Assembly: GCA_002309235.1 (NCBI GenBank)
Contig: DBXA01000185.1
Coordinates: forward strand, 6,418 to 45,175
Source: Christensenella sp. UBA1224
GTDB taxonomy: Bacteria; Bacillota; Clostridia; Christensenellales; Aristaeellaceae
Direction: 5' to 3'
DNA length: 38,758 nucleotides
Position 1 is the first letter of the stretch. Every line of letters starts with the position of its first letter. The translations under genes were made by a program, and so were the position numbers. This document shows positions 1 through 8,341 of the stretch, one piece after another. A model generated the notes under the pieces. That model saw nothing but the letters and a program-made list of their open reading frames with translations. It was not told the origin of the DNA and made no database searches.

Positions 1-518
1 AAAGCGGCGCTTTCCATAGCCGCTGCGAAGATCGCTGCATAAGTGCCTTCGCCGAAGCCGTGATCGACGCTTGCATCCTCGAAGGCGAAGCGTATGGCCT
101 TATCCGGCTGCGCGGGATACAGGCAGGCCCATATCTCCGTGCGGATCCAGGCGCCGTTGGAATTGCGCCACAGCTCGTTGTTGTATTCGCCGGACATGGG
201 CGGCAGTATGCCTTCCCGCATGTTGGATTTGCATACGCCGTATTCGTTCCAGTTGGGCGTGATAAAACTGATCCAGTATTCGCCCAGGGTCTTGCTGTTG
301 ATGGCATCCGGCCCCAGGTCGTTCACGGCCCGCAGCCATACCAGCTGCAGGTCCAGGTCGTCGTTGGGCAGGGGCTCGCCTTCCCGGGAGGCAAACCCAT
401 GGATATCGAGGAGATCCCGCGTGCCTTCATAGGGCGTACCCAGGGTGCCGCCTATGTTTTTGCCGATCCAGCAGGCATAAACGCGGTCGCGGAGCTCTTT
501 TTCAGAAAACCGGAGCAT
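1..518 (-). CDS. ADP-ribosylglycohydrolase family protein, N-terminal part (gene runs off the left edge)
   Basis: Absent from the ORF track because it has no stop in the window. The reverse complement from ATG 518-516, preceded by GGAGGGTGACAAT, reads MLRFSEKELRDRVYACWIGKNIGGTLGTPYEGTRDLLDIHGF...NDDLDLQLVWL...WNEYGVCKSNM. I recognise the CWIGKxIGGxLGxPxEG opening from DraG/ARH-type ADP-ribosylglycohydrolases. The + strand ORF 60..566 is its shadow. Confidence 0.7.
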   Translation of the reverse strand, partial: MLRFSEKELRDRVYACWIGKNIGGTLGTPYEGTRDLLDIHGFASREGEPLPNDDLDLQLVWLRAVNDLGPDAINSKTLGEYWISFITPNWNEYGVCKSNMREGILPPMSGEYNNELWRNSNGAWIRTEIWACLYPAQPDKAIRFAFEDASVDHGFGEGTYAAIFAAAMESAA

Positions 519-550
519 ATTGTCACCCTCCTGTTCAAGTCTCTTTGGAA

Positions 551-579
551 AGTATACCTTTTTTGATCGGAAATGTCTA
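551..579 (-). promoter_or_regulatory. Candidate sigma-70-type promoter for the ADP-ribosylglycohydrolase gene
   Basis: On the minus strand: TAGACA (579-574), 17 nt spacer, TATACT (556-551), about 33 nt upstream of the ATG at 518. Sequence match only. Confidence 0.35.
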
Positions 580-652
580 TCACAGGCGAGGGGCCCGGCG
601 GTCGTTCTTTCGGGAATACTGCTGTTTTTTGAACAGAAAAAAAGGCAGTCAT

Positions 653-1312
653 TTATCTGACTACCGAAGAATGGCTGTAGATGTAGAATTCCTCCTGGCT
701 GGGCATCCATTTCTTTTCTTTGGGCGGGAAGGAAGCGTCGAACGCCTCGACCGCCTGTGTATCCTCGCAGCAATCGGCGGCTGTGCTTGGGATATACATC
801 CATTTCCTGCCGTCAAGGGCGCCTGGTACCAGCTCGCATACAAGGAGAGCTGTCGGGTAGTTGCCTTCCACCGCAAAGCTGATGTTTTTCTTTTTGCAGC
901 TGACAAATCCGCTGCCCACGTAGTTTGCCGGGTTCCCGAAATTGATATTGACGTCGTATCCCATGGCGCGGGCGGCTTCGAAGGAATACCCGATCAGGAG
1001 CTTTCCGACCTTTTGCCTCTGGCATTCGCGCGCGACGCAGATCGGTCCGAAGGAGAGGACCTCCTTGCGGTACCCATCATGATCCTCAAGCCATGCTCTG
1101 GTGTACATGATGTTTCCGATGATCCTGCCGTCCAGCTCCGCCACAAAGGCGAGCCCGGGAATAAAGTCCGGATGCCTGCGCATCCGATGGACGAAGTAAT
1201 GCTCATCCGCGCCTGGCTTATAGACGTTCCAGAACGCCTCGCGTGTCAGCTCTTCCACCGCCCTGTAGTCCTTTTCGGTCTCAAGCCGTATCGATATGCC
1301 GTTCATCTTCAT
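653..1312 (-). CDS. GNAT family N-acetyltransferase
   Basis: 219 aa ORF. IRLETEKDYRAVEELTREAFW...ELDGRIIGNIMYT...RECQRQKVGKLLIGYSFEAARAMGY matches the acetyl-CoA-binding Q/RxxGxG/A core of GNAT (YhbS-like) proteins. AGGAGG lies 5 nt upstream. Its ATG overlaps the stop of the upstream AraC gene as ATGA. Confidence 0.8.
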   Translation of the reverse strand: MKMNGISIRLETEKDYRAVEELTREAFWNVYKPGADEHYFVHRMRRHPDFIPGLAFVAELDGRIIGNIMYTRAWLEDHDGYRKEVLSFGPICVARECQRQKVGKLLIGYSFEAARAMGYDVNINFGNPANYVGSGFVSCKKKNISFAVEGNYPTALLVCELVPGALDGRKWMYIPSTAADCCEDTQAVEAFDASFPPKEKKWMPSQEEFYIYSHSSVVR

Positions 1313-3213
1313 TTCCTCCTATTGGTGCTTCGGAACATGGCACGGTACTCCGAAGGGGATTTGCCATATACGCGTTTGAAAGCTTTGAAAAAGGCGTTTG
1401 AGGTATTGTATCCGCAGGATGAAAGGATGTTTGTAACGAGCATATCGGTATTGCGCAGAAGGGAAGACGCCTTGTCAAGCCTAAGCTGCTGTATGTATGC
1501 CGAAACGGTCATCCCTGTTTTTGCATTGCAGATAGTGTTCAGAGTTCGCTCGTTTACGGAGCATTCATCGCAGATTATGGGGATCGACAGGTTGTAATCC
1601 GTGAAATTGCCGTTGATATACTTCATAACGCGGTCTGAGGCGTCATCTGTTTCAGACAGCTTTTGACTTTCAACGGTTTCCTTGGAGGATTGGATCTCTC
1701 CGGAGAAATGCAGACCGGGGATGTGCTGAAATAACTCCAGTATGTTTTTAGCCTCCTGGTATGCCACACTTAACTGCGAAAGGCCGGTATGTACCTCGCT
1801 GACAGAGACAGACAATATGGCGTTCATTGTTTTATTGATCGTTTCTATACTCTGCCTTAGTAGGGTTATCTGCTGGTCATGGCTGGAATCGGCAGCAGCG
1901 ATCAGGACAAAGGAGCCATGTGACTGCCGTATGAATCTGGCGGTCGATTTGGAAGAGAGCTGTTTTCCTATCATAAGGGAGAGAAGATTGATCGTGTCGG
2001 CACTGCCCTCGGAAGAGGAAGGCGAACGAACAATGCCATAGCATACCACGTAATTCTGCGGGAAGGATTCAATGGTTGGAAGCTCATCTTCCGATGCCTG
2101 TGAATAGGGTATATACAGGCAGCGCTGGATCAGGCTTGTTTCAAGCTCTTGCCTGAGAGATCTTATCGTCATTTCGTTGTTTTCCTGCGCGGTATGCAAA
2201 TTATCCATGGAAGACAACAGCAGATCGAATAATTCGCTGCGATGCTGAACTTCAAAGCCGTATTCCTCCATTTTGTTGATCATTGAATGAAGAGGACGGC
2301 AATTCCTGTATGCGTTGAGTACTGCTAACAGAAGGCTTACAAGTATGGTCGTCACGGCAAACAGAAGAATGGTCAGCTTTGTTGTGTTCAGCACCGCCAT
2401 CTGTGCGGTGAGATCCGGATAAAGCACACAGCTTATGCGTCTGTGTCCATTTGAGGGAACAGGCGGCATTTGCTCCAATGTGCTCCTTTCCAGTTCCGTA
2501 TCGACGAGGAGAGAGAAGATATATTGATTGTTCAGGTCATAAAGGTTGACAAGGCCGGGCGTAGTGGAAAACACCTTTTTCATGTTTGATTCACGGATCG
2601 AAAACAGGAAGAATATATTCGTTTGACTGACCGGCCGGAAAAGATAGAGCAGCATGCTTTCGCCGGTTGAGGCTTCGTTATGCAGGACAGCGCTGTTCAA
2701 CATGGTAATAAAGCCGGAGCCGGAAGCTTTCTCCGTTAAAGTCCGAATAAAAAGGTTGCTGAAATCATAGTATCTTGAGTATCGTTCAAAGCCTGTCTTT
2801 TTGGCATAGCTGATAAAGCAGCCGTCCGAAGAGACAGCCGTCTTGCTTTTGGGGAAGAGCACGGCAATACTTGAGATATAATCAAATGATGAGACCAGTG
2901 ATTCGGCAGTGCTTCGCAGATCATTGAGCAGGATGATATCTGTTGTCGCGATAGCTGGCCGTACGGAAAGCAATGCGATGTTTGCTTTGGAACAGGTGTT
3001 GGTCAGCAGTGTTTCCGCGGTAGTGATCTCATTGTTCAGGGAAGCGATGGAAGCCTCCAGCATGTTGACTTCCCTGGTCAGGAGCGTTTCGGAGAGGCGC
3101 CTGTAATAGGAAATACCGATCGGAATAATGATGGAACAGAGGAGAAGCATGGGTATCAGGTTTTGCAAAAGGTAAGAACGGAATTTCCGTAGGATCAGCC
3201 TGCCGACATTCAT
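1309..3213 (-). CDS. Membrane-spanning AraC/XylS-family transcriptional regulator (two TM helices, extracytoplasmic loop, C-terminal HTH), copy 1
   Basis: 634 aa. Hydrophobic helix near aa 14-36 (LLQNLIPMLLLCSIIIPIGISYY) and a second near aa 278-300 (LTILLFAVTTILVSLLLAVLNAY). The C-terminus SAYIQQLRLDKASSLLRNTDMLVTNILSSCGYNTSNAFFKAFKRVYGKSPSEYR is a typical AraC double-HTH tail. No receiver or kinase motifs seen. Divergent from the importer operon. Confidence 0.85.
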   Translation of the reverse strand: MNVGRLILRKFRSYLLQNLIPMLLLCSIIIPIGISYYRRLSETLLTREVNMLEASIASLNNEITTAETLLTNTCSKANIALLSVRPAIATTDIILLNDLRSTAESLVSSFDYISSIAVLFPKSKTAVSSDGCFISYAKKTGFERYSRYYDFSNLFIRTLTEKASGSGFITMLNSAVLHNEASTGESMLLYLFRPVSQTNIFFLFSIRESNMKKVFSTTPGLVNLYDLNNQYIFSLLVDTELERSTLEQMPPVPSNGHRRISCVLYPDLTAQMAVLNTTKLTILLFAVTTILVSLLLAVLNAYRNCRPLHSMINKMEEYGFEVQHRSELFDLLLSSMDNLHTAQENNEMTIRSLRQELETSLIQRCLYIPYSQASEDELPTIESFPQNYVVCYGIVRSPSSSEGSADTINLLSLMIGKQLSSKSTARFIRQSHGSFVLIAAADSSHDQQITLLRQSIETINKTMNAILSVSVSEVHTGLSQLSVAYQEAKNILELFQHIPGLHFSGEIQSSKETVESQKLSETDDASDRVMKYINGNFTDYNLSIPIICDECSVNERTLNTICNAKTGMTVSAYIQQLRLDKASSLLRNTDMLVTNILSSCGYNTSNAFFKAFKRVYGKSPSEYRAMFRSTNRRK

Positions 3214-3412
3214 ACTTCGTCACTCCCTTTGCCTGTGCCCGCGAGTTGTTCTGCCTGCATGCCGGCGGTGTGTTAAGTCAAAAAGGATAATAAAATAATA
3301 ATAGCCATAATTCACAGAACCGTCAAGTGCAACGTTGTACAGTATGCCGGAATCATAAAATTACATCTCATAAACCCTTTGGAGCCATACGGCAGACGGC
3401 TTTGACACTTTG

Positions 3413-3439
3413 TTACACCTTCACGTTGGAATTTTACAC
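3413..3439 (+). promoter_or_regulatory. Candidate AraC operator: TTACAC hexamers 21 bp apart; the proximal one lies inside the 12-mer GGAATTTTACAC
   Basis: TTACAC at 3413-3418 and 3434-3439. The 12-mer GGAATTTTACAC (3428-3439) recurs exactly at 20923-20934, upstream of the paralogous importer operon. Confidence 0.4.
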
Positions 3440-3468
3440 TTTTCAATCTCTAAACATTAGGGTAATAT
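3440..3468 (+). promoter_or_regulatory. Candidate weak (activator-dependent) promoter of importer operon 1
   Basis: TTTTCA (3440-3445), 17 nt spacer, TAATAT (3463-3468). The -35 directly abuts the candidate operator and lies about 80 nt upstream of the ATG at 3549. Sequence match only. Confidence 0.3.
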
Positions 3469-3548
3469 GTTCATATCATAAACATAACATACAGCAAACG
3501 TGTTGTCAGCCCTATGCGATCTTTCATCAATCAAATGAAGGGAGGGGG

Positions 3549-4523
3549 ATGAAAATCATGGCAGTGAAAAGAGCCGAAGCCCGCACTGGCAGGGTTATAC
3601 ACAGGAAATCCATCTGGATGAAGGCTGCCCAGCGCTGGCAGCTGTACCTTTTCCTTTTGATCCCCGTTGTCTACCTGATCATATTCTGCTACTGGCCGAT
3701 GGCTGGTGTTCAGATCGCATTCCGGAAGTATAAGATCCGTTTGGGGATCTGGGGCAGCCAGTGGGTCGGCTGGTATCAGTTTGAGAAGTTCTTTTCCTCC
3801 TATTACTTTGGCCGTGTGGTTGGGAACACGCTGCGCCTTTCACTTTACAGCTTGATCGTCGGTTTTCCTCTGCCGGTCGTATTCGCCCTGCAGCTTAATG
3901 CTATGCGCGCTGCGAGGGGAAGAAAGCTTGTACAGACTGTAACATATATGCCGCATTTTATTTCGACTGTTGTCATGGTGGGCATCATCAACCAGATGCT
4001 CAATCCTACGTTCGGTCTATTTGGGAAGTTTTACCGCATGATCAACGGGATGGGGTCAACTCCTCCCAACTTATTGCTCAGTTCCGGCGCTTTCCCGCAT
4101 ATTTACGTACTTTCCGGCATTTGGCAGGGACTTGGATGGAGTACCATCATTTATACGGCGGCGCTTTCCGCGGTGGATCCATCGCTGCATGAGGCGGCTA
4201 CAATTGACGGCGCTACGAGGTTTCAGCGCATATTGCACGTTGATTTTCCCACGATCGTGCCTACCGTGTCCATTACGCTGATACTGCGTTTCGGCTCGAT
4301 CATGGGCATTGGCTTTGATAAAACGTATCTTCTTCAGAATAATGCGAATCTCGTTACGAGTGAAGTAATTGCGACCTTTGTTTATAAGCAGGCGTTTGAT
4401 TCCAGCAATATGGATTATTCATACGCTTCAGCTATCGGCCTGTTCAATTCGGTCATCGGTTTGTTCATGCTGGCCCTTATGAACCAGATCTCCCGCAAGG
4501 TCAGCGAGAGCAGCCTGTGGTAA
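3549..4523 (+). CDS. Carbohydrate ABC transporter permease (LplB/YteP-like), locus 1
   Basis: The ORF track gives 3327..4523. I trimmed it to ATG 3549 (MKIMAVKRAEA), which is preceded by GGAGGGGG. Multiple TM segments, and EAATIDGATRFQRILHVDFPTI is the EAA loop of binding-protein-dependent permeases. Confidence 0.85.
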   Translation: MKIMAVKRAEARTGRVIHRKSIWMKAAQRWQLYLFLLIPVVYLIIFCYWPMAGVQIAFRKYKIRLGIWGSQWVGWYQFEKFFSSYYFGRVVGNTLRLSLYSLIVGFPLPVVFALQLNAMRAARGRKLVQTVTYMPHFISTVVMVGIINQMLNPTFGLFGKFYRMINGMGSTPPNLLLSSGAFPHIYVLSGIWQGLGWSTIIYTAALSAVDPSLHEAATIDGATRFQRILHVDFPTIVPTVSITLILRFGSIMGIGFDKTYLLQNNANLVTSEVIATFVYKQAFDSSNMDYSYASAIGLFNSVIGLFMLALMNQISRKVSESSLW

Positions 4524-4536
4524 AGGAGGCGCAGAA

Positions 4537-5481
4537 ATGGTTACCCAAACGAAAGCGAATATGAAGCGCCTCTTTGGCAAAGGGCAGCTGCAGGCAACGG
4601 ATATCTATCTGACAAGATCGGACAGGATATTCCACGTCATTAATAATATCATCGTTTCGCTCTTGTTTCTTATCGTGCTTTTGCCGCTTATAAATGTACT
4701 GGCGAGCTCTTTTTCCTCGGCCTCTGCCGTTAATTCGGGCAAAGTGCTGCTTTGGCCGGTAGACTTTTCTGTTATAGGCTACGAAAAGGTGTTCGTATAT
4801 CCAGGCGTGTGGCGCAGCTATGGAAATACGGTGTTTTATACCGTTGCCGGCACCGCTATCAATGTCATCGTTACGCTGCTCGCGGCGTATCCTCTTTCAC
4901 GGCGGGATCTGCCGTTCAAAGGCTTCTTTATGTTCCTGTTCACCTTTACGATGATGTTTGGAGGCGGCATGATCCCAACCTATCTGGTCATGAAACAGAT
5001 AGGCGTCATCAATACCGTATGGGCGATGCTCCTGCCCGGCGCGCTTAGCGTATACAATATGATCATAGCGCGTACCTTTATGCAGAATATACCGATGGAT
5101 CTGTTCGAAGCGGCTCATTTGGATGGCTGCAGTGATGCTAGGTATTTTACCATGATCGCGCTGCCGCTTTCCGGTACCATGATATCCGTTCTCACGCTGT
5201 ACTATGCAGTCGGGCATTGGAATGCCTATTTCAATGCGTTCTTGTACTTGAACAACAGGGATTTGATGCCTTTGCAGATCATCCTGCGTGAGGTATTGCT
5301 GAGCACACAGATCAGCGCGGATGCCATTGTGGATGGCGATACGGCTGCAGCTCTTGCCGGTATGAGCGATCTTTTGAAATACTCGCTCATCGTGGTGGCA
5401 AGCGCGCCGATCCTGTGCCTGTATCCTTTCCTGCAGAAGTATTTTGTCAAGGGGGTCATGATCGGCTCCCTGAAGGGCTGA
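4537..5481 (+). CDS. Carbohydrate ABC transporter permease (LplC-like), locus 1
   Basis: 314 aa, AAGGAGG RBS, TM-rich, EAA loop EAAHLDGCSDARYFTMIALPLS. Confidence 0.85.
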   Translation: MVTQTKANMKRLFGKGQLQATDIYLTRSDRIFHVINNIIVSLLFLIVLLPLINVLASSFSSASAVNSGKVLLWPVDFSVIGYEKVFVYPGVWRSYGNTVFYTVAGTAINVIVTLLAAYPLSRRDLPFKGFFMFLFTFTMMFGGGMIPTYLVMKQIGVINTVWAMLLPGALSVYNMIIARTFMQNIPMDLFEAAHLDGCSDARYFTMIALPLSGTMISVLTLYYAVGHWNAYFNAFLYLNNRDLMPLQIILREVLLSTQISADAIVDGDTAAALAGMSDLLKYSLIVVASAPILCLYPFLQKYFVKGVMIGSLKG

Positions 5482-5546
5482 TACCTGTTTTACTATGAAT
5501 TTACCGGCAAGATCCGGTAAAAAATATATGATTTGGAGGGAATCCT

Positions 5547-7133
5547 ATGAAGAAGTTCCTGGCGCTCCTGATCATGGCCGCTTTGGTGCTGCCTATGATC
5601 CCCTGGAGTACACCCGCACAGGCGGAAGATGTACCGACTTTTGTGGTTACGCTTCCGACGAACACCCTGGTGACGGATTATGAAGACAACCGATTCACTA
5701 AATGGGTAGAAGAGGAATATGGCTGCGACATCGTATTCAATTTCCTGCCGGCTTCCGATTCACTGCAGAAGCTGACTGTTATGGTAGCAGGTGAAGAGGA
5801 TCTGGGAGACCTGCTTTACAGCGGCTTGAATAAGGCTACTATCCTGCAGTTTGCTGACGCGGGTGCACTGTACCCCCTGAATGAGTTCATCGACAAATAT
5901 GACACCAACCTCGAAGCCTTCTCCGCAGAGATAGGCGAAGACCTGGTAGCAGCTGTCACTACTGCTGACGGGGATATCTGGGGCTATCCCACCTATTATC
6001 CCGAGACCAACAACATGACCAAGTATCGCGCCTGGATCAACACCGTGTGGCTCGACAACCTGGGCCTCTCGATGCCTACCACCACGGATGAGCTCTATGA
6101 CGTGCTGGTTGCTTTCAGGGATCAGGATGCCAACGGCAACGGCGATCCGAACGATGAGATCCCGATGCTCGGCAGCACCAGCTGGTCTGCCAATCCCTGC
6201 GTGTTCCTTACCAATGCTTACGTGTACTGGGATGATGTGGAAGATCTGATCATCGAGGATGGAAAGATCGATGCCGCGTTCACACAGGAAGAGTATAAGG
6301 AAGCCCTGAAGTACATGAACAAGCTGGTTGCTGAAGGCTTGCTCTCCGCCGATACCTTCTCCATCACCGAAGGCCAGTACAGGGAATACCTGAGCACCGA
6401 GACGCCGACTGTCGGCATCAGCTTCTATACGCATCTTGGCTTTGTCGGCCCGACCGATGACAACAAGAATGAGTATCAGTATCTGCCTTACCTGATCGGC
6501 GCGGATGGAAAACAGCGCGTATCCTATCAGCCCTACGATACCTCCGCCATGCAGATCTGGTTTGTTCCCACCACGGCGAAGGATCCGGATGCTTCCTTCC
6601 AGTTCCTCGATTGGCTGTGGAAGGACGATTGGGCCTATATCCATTCCCGCTTCGGCTTTGAAGGCGAGGATTATGAAGCCGTTACCGATCCGGATACGCT
6701 TGCGCTCCTCAAGTCCAACCATGATTTTGCGATCCTGGAGCATGATGTAGGCTGGGGCGAAGCATGCAACATGTCCTGGCAGATCAATATGGGCCGCTAT
6801 ACCGGCAGCTCCTACATGTGCCAGTGGAACGGCGATCCCAACTACTACTTCTATAAGAGGGTCGTTGCGGTCGATGATATGATGAGCAAGGTCCCGGGCC
6901 CGGGCGAGTATGTGCCGGCTCTGACCTATACCTCCGAAGAGACGGATGAGTACAACGAGCTGCGCAGCAACATCCGTACCTTCTGGCAGGAATACCGTAC
7001 CCGCTTTATCCTGGGAGACCTGGATATCGATTCCAACTGGGATTCGTATATCAGCACCCTCAACAACGAGATGAACCTGCCCCGTTTCCTCGAAATGGTG
7101 CAGACGGCTTACGACCGTACTTACGGCGGCTGA
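5547..7133 (+). CDS. Extracellular solute-binding protein (large LplA-type family-1 SBP), locus 1
   Basis: 528 aa. N-terminal signal-like MKKFLALLIMAALVLPMIPWSTPAQA/EDV. DANGNGDPNDEIPMLG and the overall length are typical of LplA-like oligosaccharide-binding proteins. GGAGGG RBS. Confidence 0.85.
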   Translation: MKKFLALLIMAALVLPMIPWSTPAQAEDVPTFVVTLPTNTLVTDYEDNRFTKWVEEEYGCDIVFNFLPASDSLQKLTVMVAGEEDLGDLLYSGLNKATILQFADAGALYPLNEFIDKYDTNLEAFSAEIGEDLVAAVTTADGDIWGYPTYYPETNNMTKYRAWINTVWLDNLGLSMPTTTDELYDVLVAFRDQDANGNGDPNDEIPMLGSTSWSANPCVFLTNAYVYWDDVEDLIIEDGKIDAAFTQEEYKEALKYMNKLVAEGLLSADTFSITEGQYREYLSTETPTVGISFYTHLGFVGPTDDNKNEYQYLPYLIGADGKQRVSYQPYDTSAMQIWFVPTTAKDPDASFQFLDWLWKDDWAYIHSRFGFEGEDYEAVTDPDTLALLKSNHDFAILEHDVGWGEACNMSWQINMGRYTGSSYMCQWNGDPNYYFYKRVVAVDDMMSKVPGPGEYVPALTYTSEETDEYNELRSNIRTFWQEYRTRFILGDLDIDSNWDSYISTLNNEMNLPRFLEMVQTAYDRTYGG

Positions 7134-7150
7134 TAATCACGGGACTATGG

Positions 7151-7179
7151 GGACGGAGGAGACCCTCCGTCCTCTTTTT
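7151..7179 (+). terminator. Intrinsic-terminator-like hairpin between the SBP gene and the GH5 array (probable partial terminator or transcript stabiliser)
   Basis: GGACGGAGG (7151-7159), loop AGAC, CCTCCGTCC (7164-7172), then TCTTTTT. Only about 33 nt remain before the next start and no promoter is visible, so read-through is implied. Confidence 0.6.
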
Positions 7180-7211
7180 CCGAAGGAAGGGGCAAGGAGG
7201 CCCTGTTTACT

Positions 7212-8306
7212 ATGAAACCTTTTGAAAAACTGCACAAGGGCATGGGCGTCGGCGGATGGATGACAAACTATAAACGCGTACGTTTCCTGCCGGAAGACAA
7301 AGCGTTCAACCTCAGTATTGGGGATAAGGAGCATTTCGATCGTTACCTGACCCGCTGGGATATGCAGAACATCCGCTCTATGGGAATGGATCACATACGT
7401 ATCCCGTTTGACCAGGTTGTCGTAGAGGAATACACAAAGCCTTACGCGTATCAGGAGGATATGCTGAAGCTTCTCGACCGCGCCATAGGTTGGGCGGTGG
7501 ATGAGGGCTTTGAGGTCATACTGAACCTGCACCATGCCATAGGCTGCTACTGTGACTTTGCGGAAGGCTCCAGTCTATTGGATGACGATCTTCTCAAGGA
7601 CCGCTTTGTTGCCCTGTGGTCTATGCTGGAAGACCGCTATCATGATCTGGATATCATTTTTGAGCCGCTCAATGAGGTCACTACCCAGGATGCAGAAGCA
7701 TGGAACAGACTTGCAGAGCGCTGCGTAAAGGCTATCCGGGAGAAAAATCCTACCCGCCGCATTATCATCGGTTCCGCATCCTGGAACAGCCCGGACAGAT
7801 TAGCTGAATTGAAGCTGTATGACGATGATTATATCGCCTATACGTTCCATTTTTATGGGCCGCATGCTTTCACTCACCAACGTACTACGGTCAATGCGAC
7901 ACAGTACGCTTATAATCGCGAGATCCCTTACCCGGGTGACAATTCATATTATAAAGATTACGCGAAATTTGCGGGCGGCAGCGGCGCGGAATTTGATGCC
8001 TATCCTATTGTTGGCCGTGAATACATCGAGCATGCTTTGCGCGGAGCGGCGCAATTCCGAAAAGAACATCCGGATAAAGTTCTGTGGTTTGGCGAATTCG
8101 GTACGATCCGCCATGCAAACATCATCTGGCGTGAGAATTGGATGCGTGATGTGATCCGTTTTGCCATCGAAAATGACATGCCCTACAGCGTGTGGAATTA
8201 CCTTTCGACGCCTTACGACTGCAACCGCTTCTCGCTTGTCACGGATGATGAGAGGCGTATAGTGAGCCCGGAGATGCTCAGGATCATACAGGGCCACGTG
8301 GACTGA
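7212..8306 (+). CDS. Glycoside hydrolase family 5, CelC-like, cytoplasmic (paralogue 1)
   Basis: 364 aa. GH5 landmarks: GVGGW, HIRIPF (Arg), LNLHHAIG (His), EPLNEV (acid/base Glu), FHFYGP (His/Tyr), FGEFG (nucleophile Glu), VWNY (Trp). Layout and motifs resemble my memory of Clostridium thermocellum endoglucanase CelC (LDMHHAPGY, FELLNEV, FHFYNP..THQ, CGEFG, VWNY). No signal peptide. Confidence 0.9.
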   Translation: MKPFEKLHKGMGVGGWMTNYKRVRFLPEDKAFNLSIGDKEHFDRYLTRWDMQNIRSMGMDHIRIPFDQVVVEEYTKPYAYQEDMLKLLDRAIGWAVDEGFEVILNLHHAIGCYCDFAEGSSLLDDDLLKDRFVALWSMLEDRYHDLDIIFEPLNEVTTQDAEAWNRLAERCVKAIREKNPTRRIIIGSASWNSPDRLAELKLYDDDYIAYTFHFYGPHAFTHQRTTVNATQYAYNREIPYPGDNSYYKDYAKFAGGSGAEFDAYPIVGREYIEHALRGAAQFRKEHPDKVLWFGEFGTIRHANIIWRENWMRDVIRFAIENDMPYSVWNYLSTPYDCNRFSLVTDDERRIVSPEMLRIIQGHVD

Positions 8307-8341
8307 TCTTTCTGAACGATCTGGTATAGGGAGTGCGAAGG

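Noticed and set aside
60-566. The + strand ORFs at 60..566, 71..262, 94..432 and 545..1597 at the left end.
   Set aside because: The minus strand carries a convincing ADP-ribosylglycohydrolase N-terminus (1..518, with RBS) and a GNAT (653..1312). The + strand translations are low-complexity shadows.
3327-3548. The 74-aa N-terminal extension of the first permease ORF (MQRCTVCRNHKITSHK...).
   Set aside because: It has no RBS, is an AT-rich promoter-like sequence, and contains the candidate operator and promoter. A strong GGAGGGGG precedes the internal ATG at 3549, and the paralogue in locus 2 has no such extension.
3549-7133. The missing ATP-binding subunit for both ABC importers, considered as an anomaly.
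   Set aside because: CUT1-type sugar importers in Firmicutes commonly share a single MsmK/MsmX-type ATPase encoded elsewhere, so its absence from the locus is expected.
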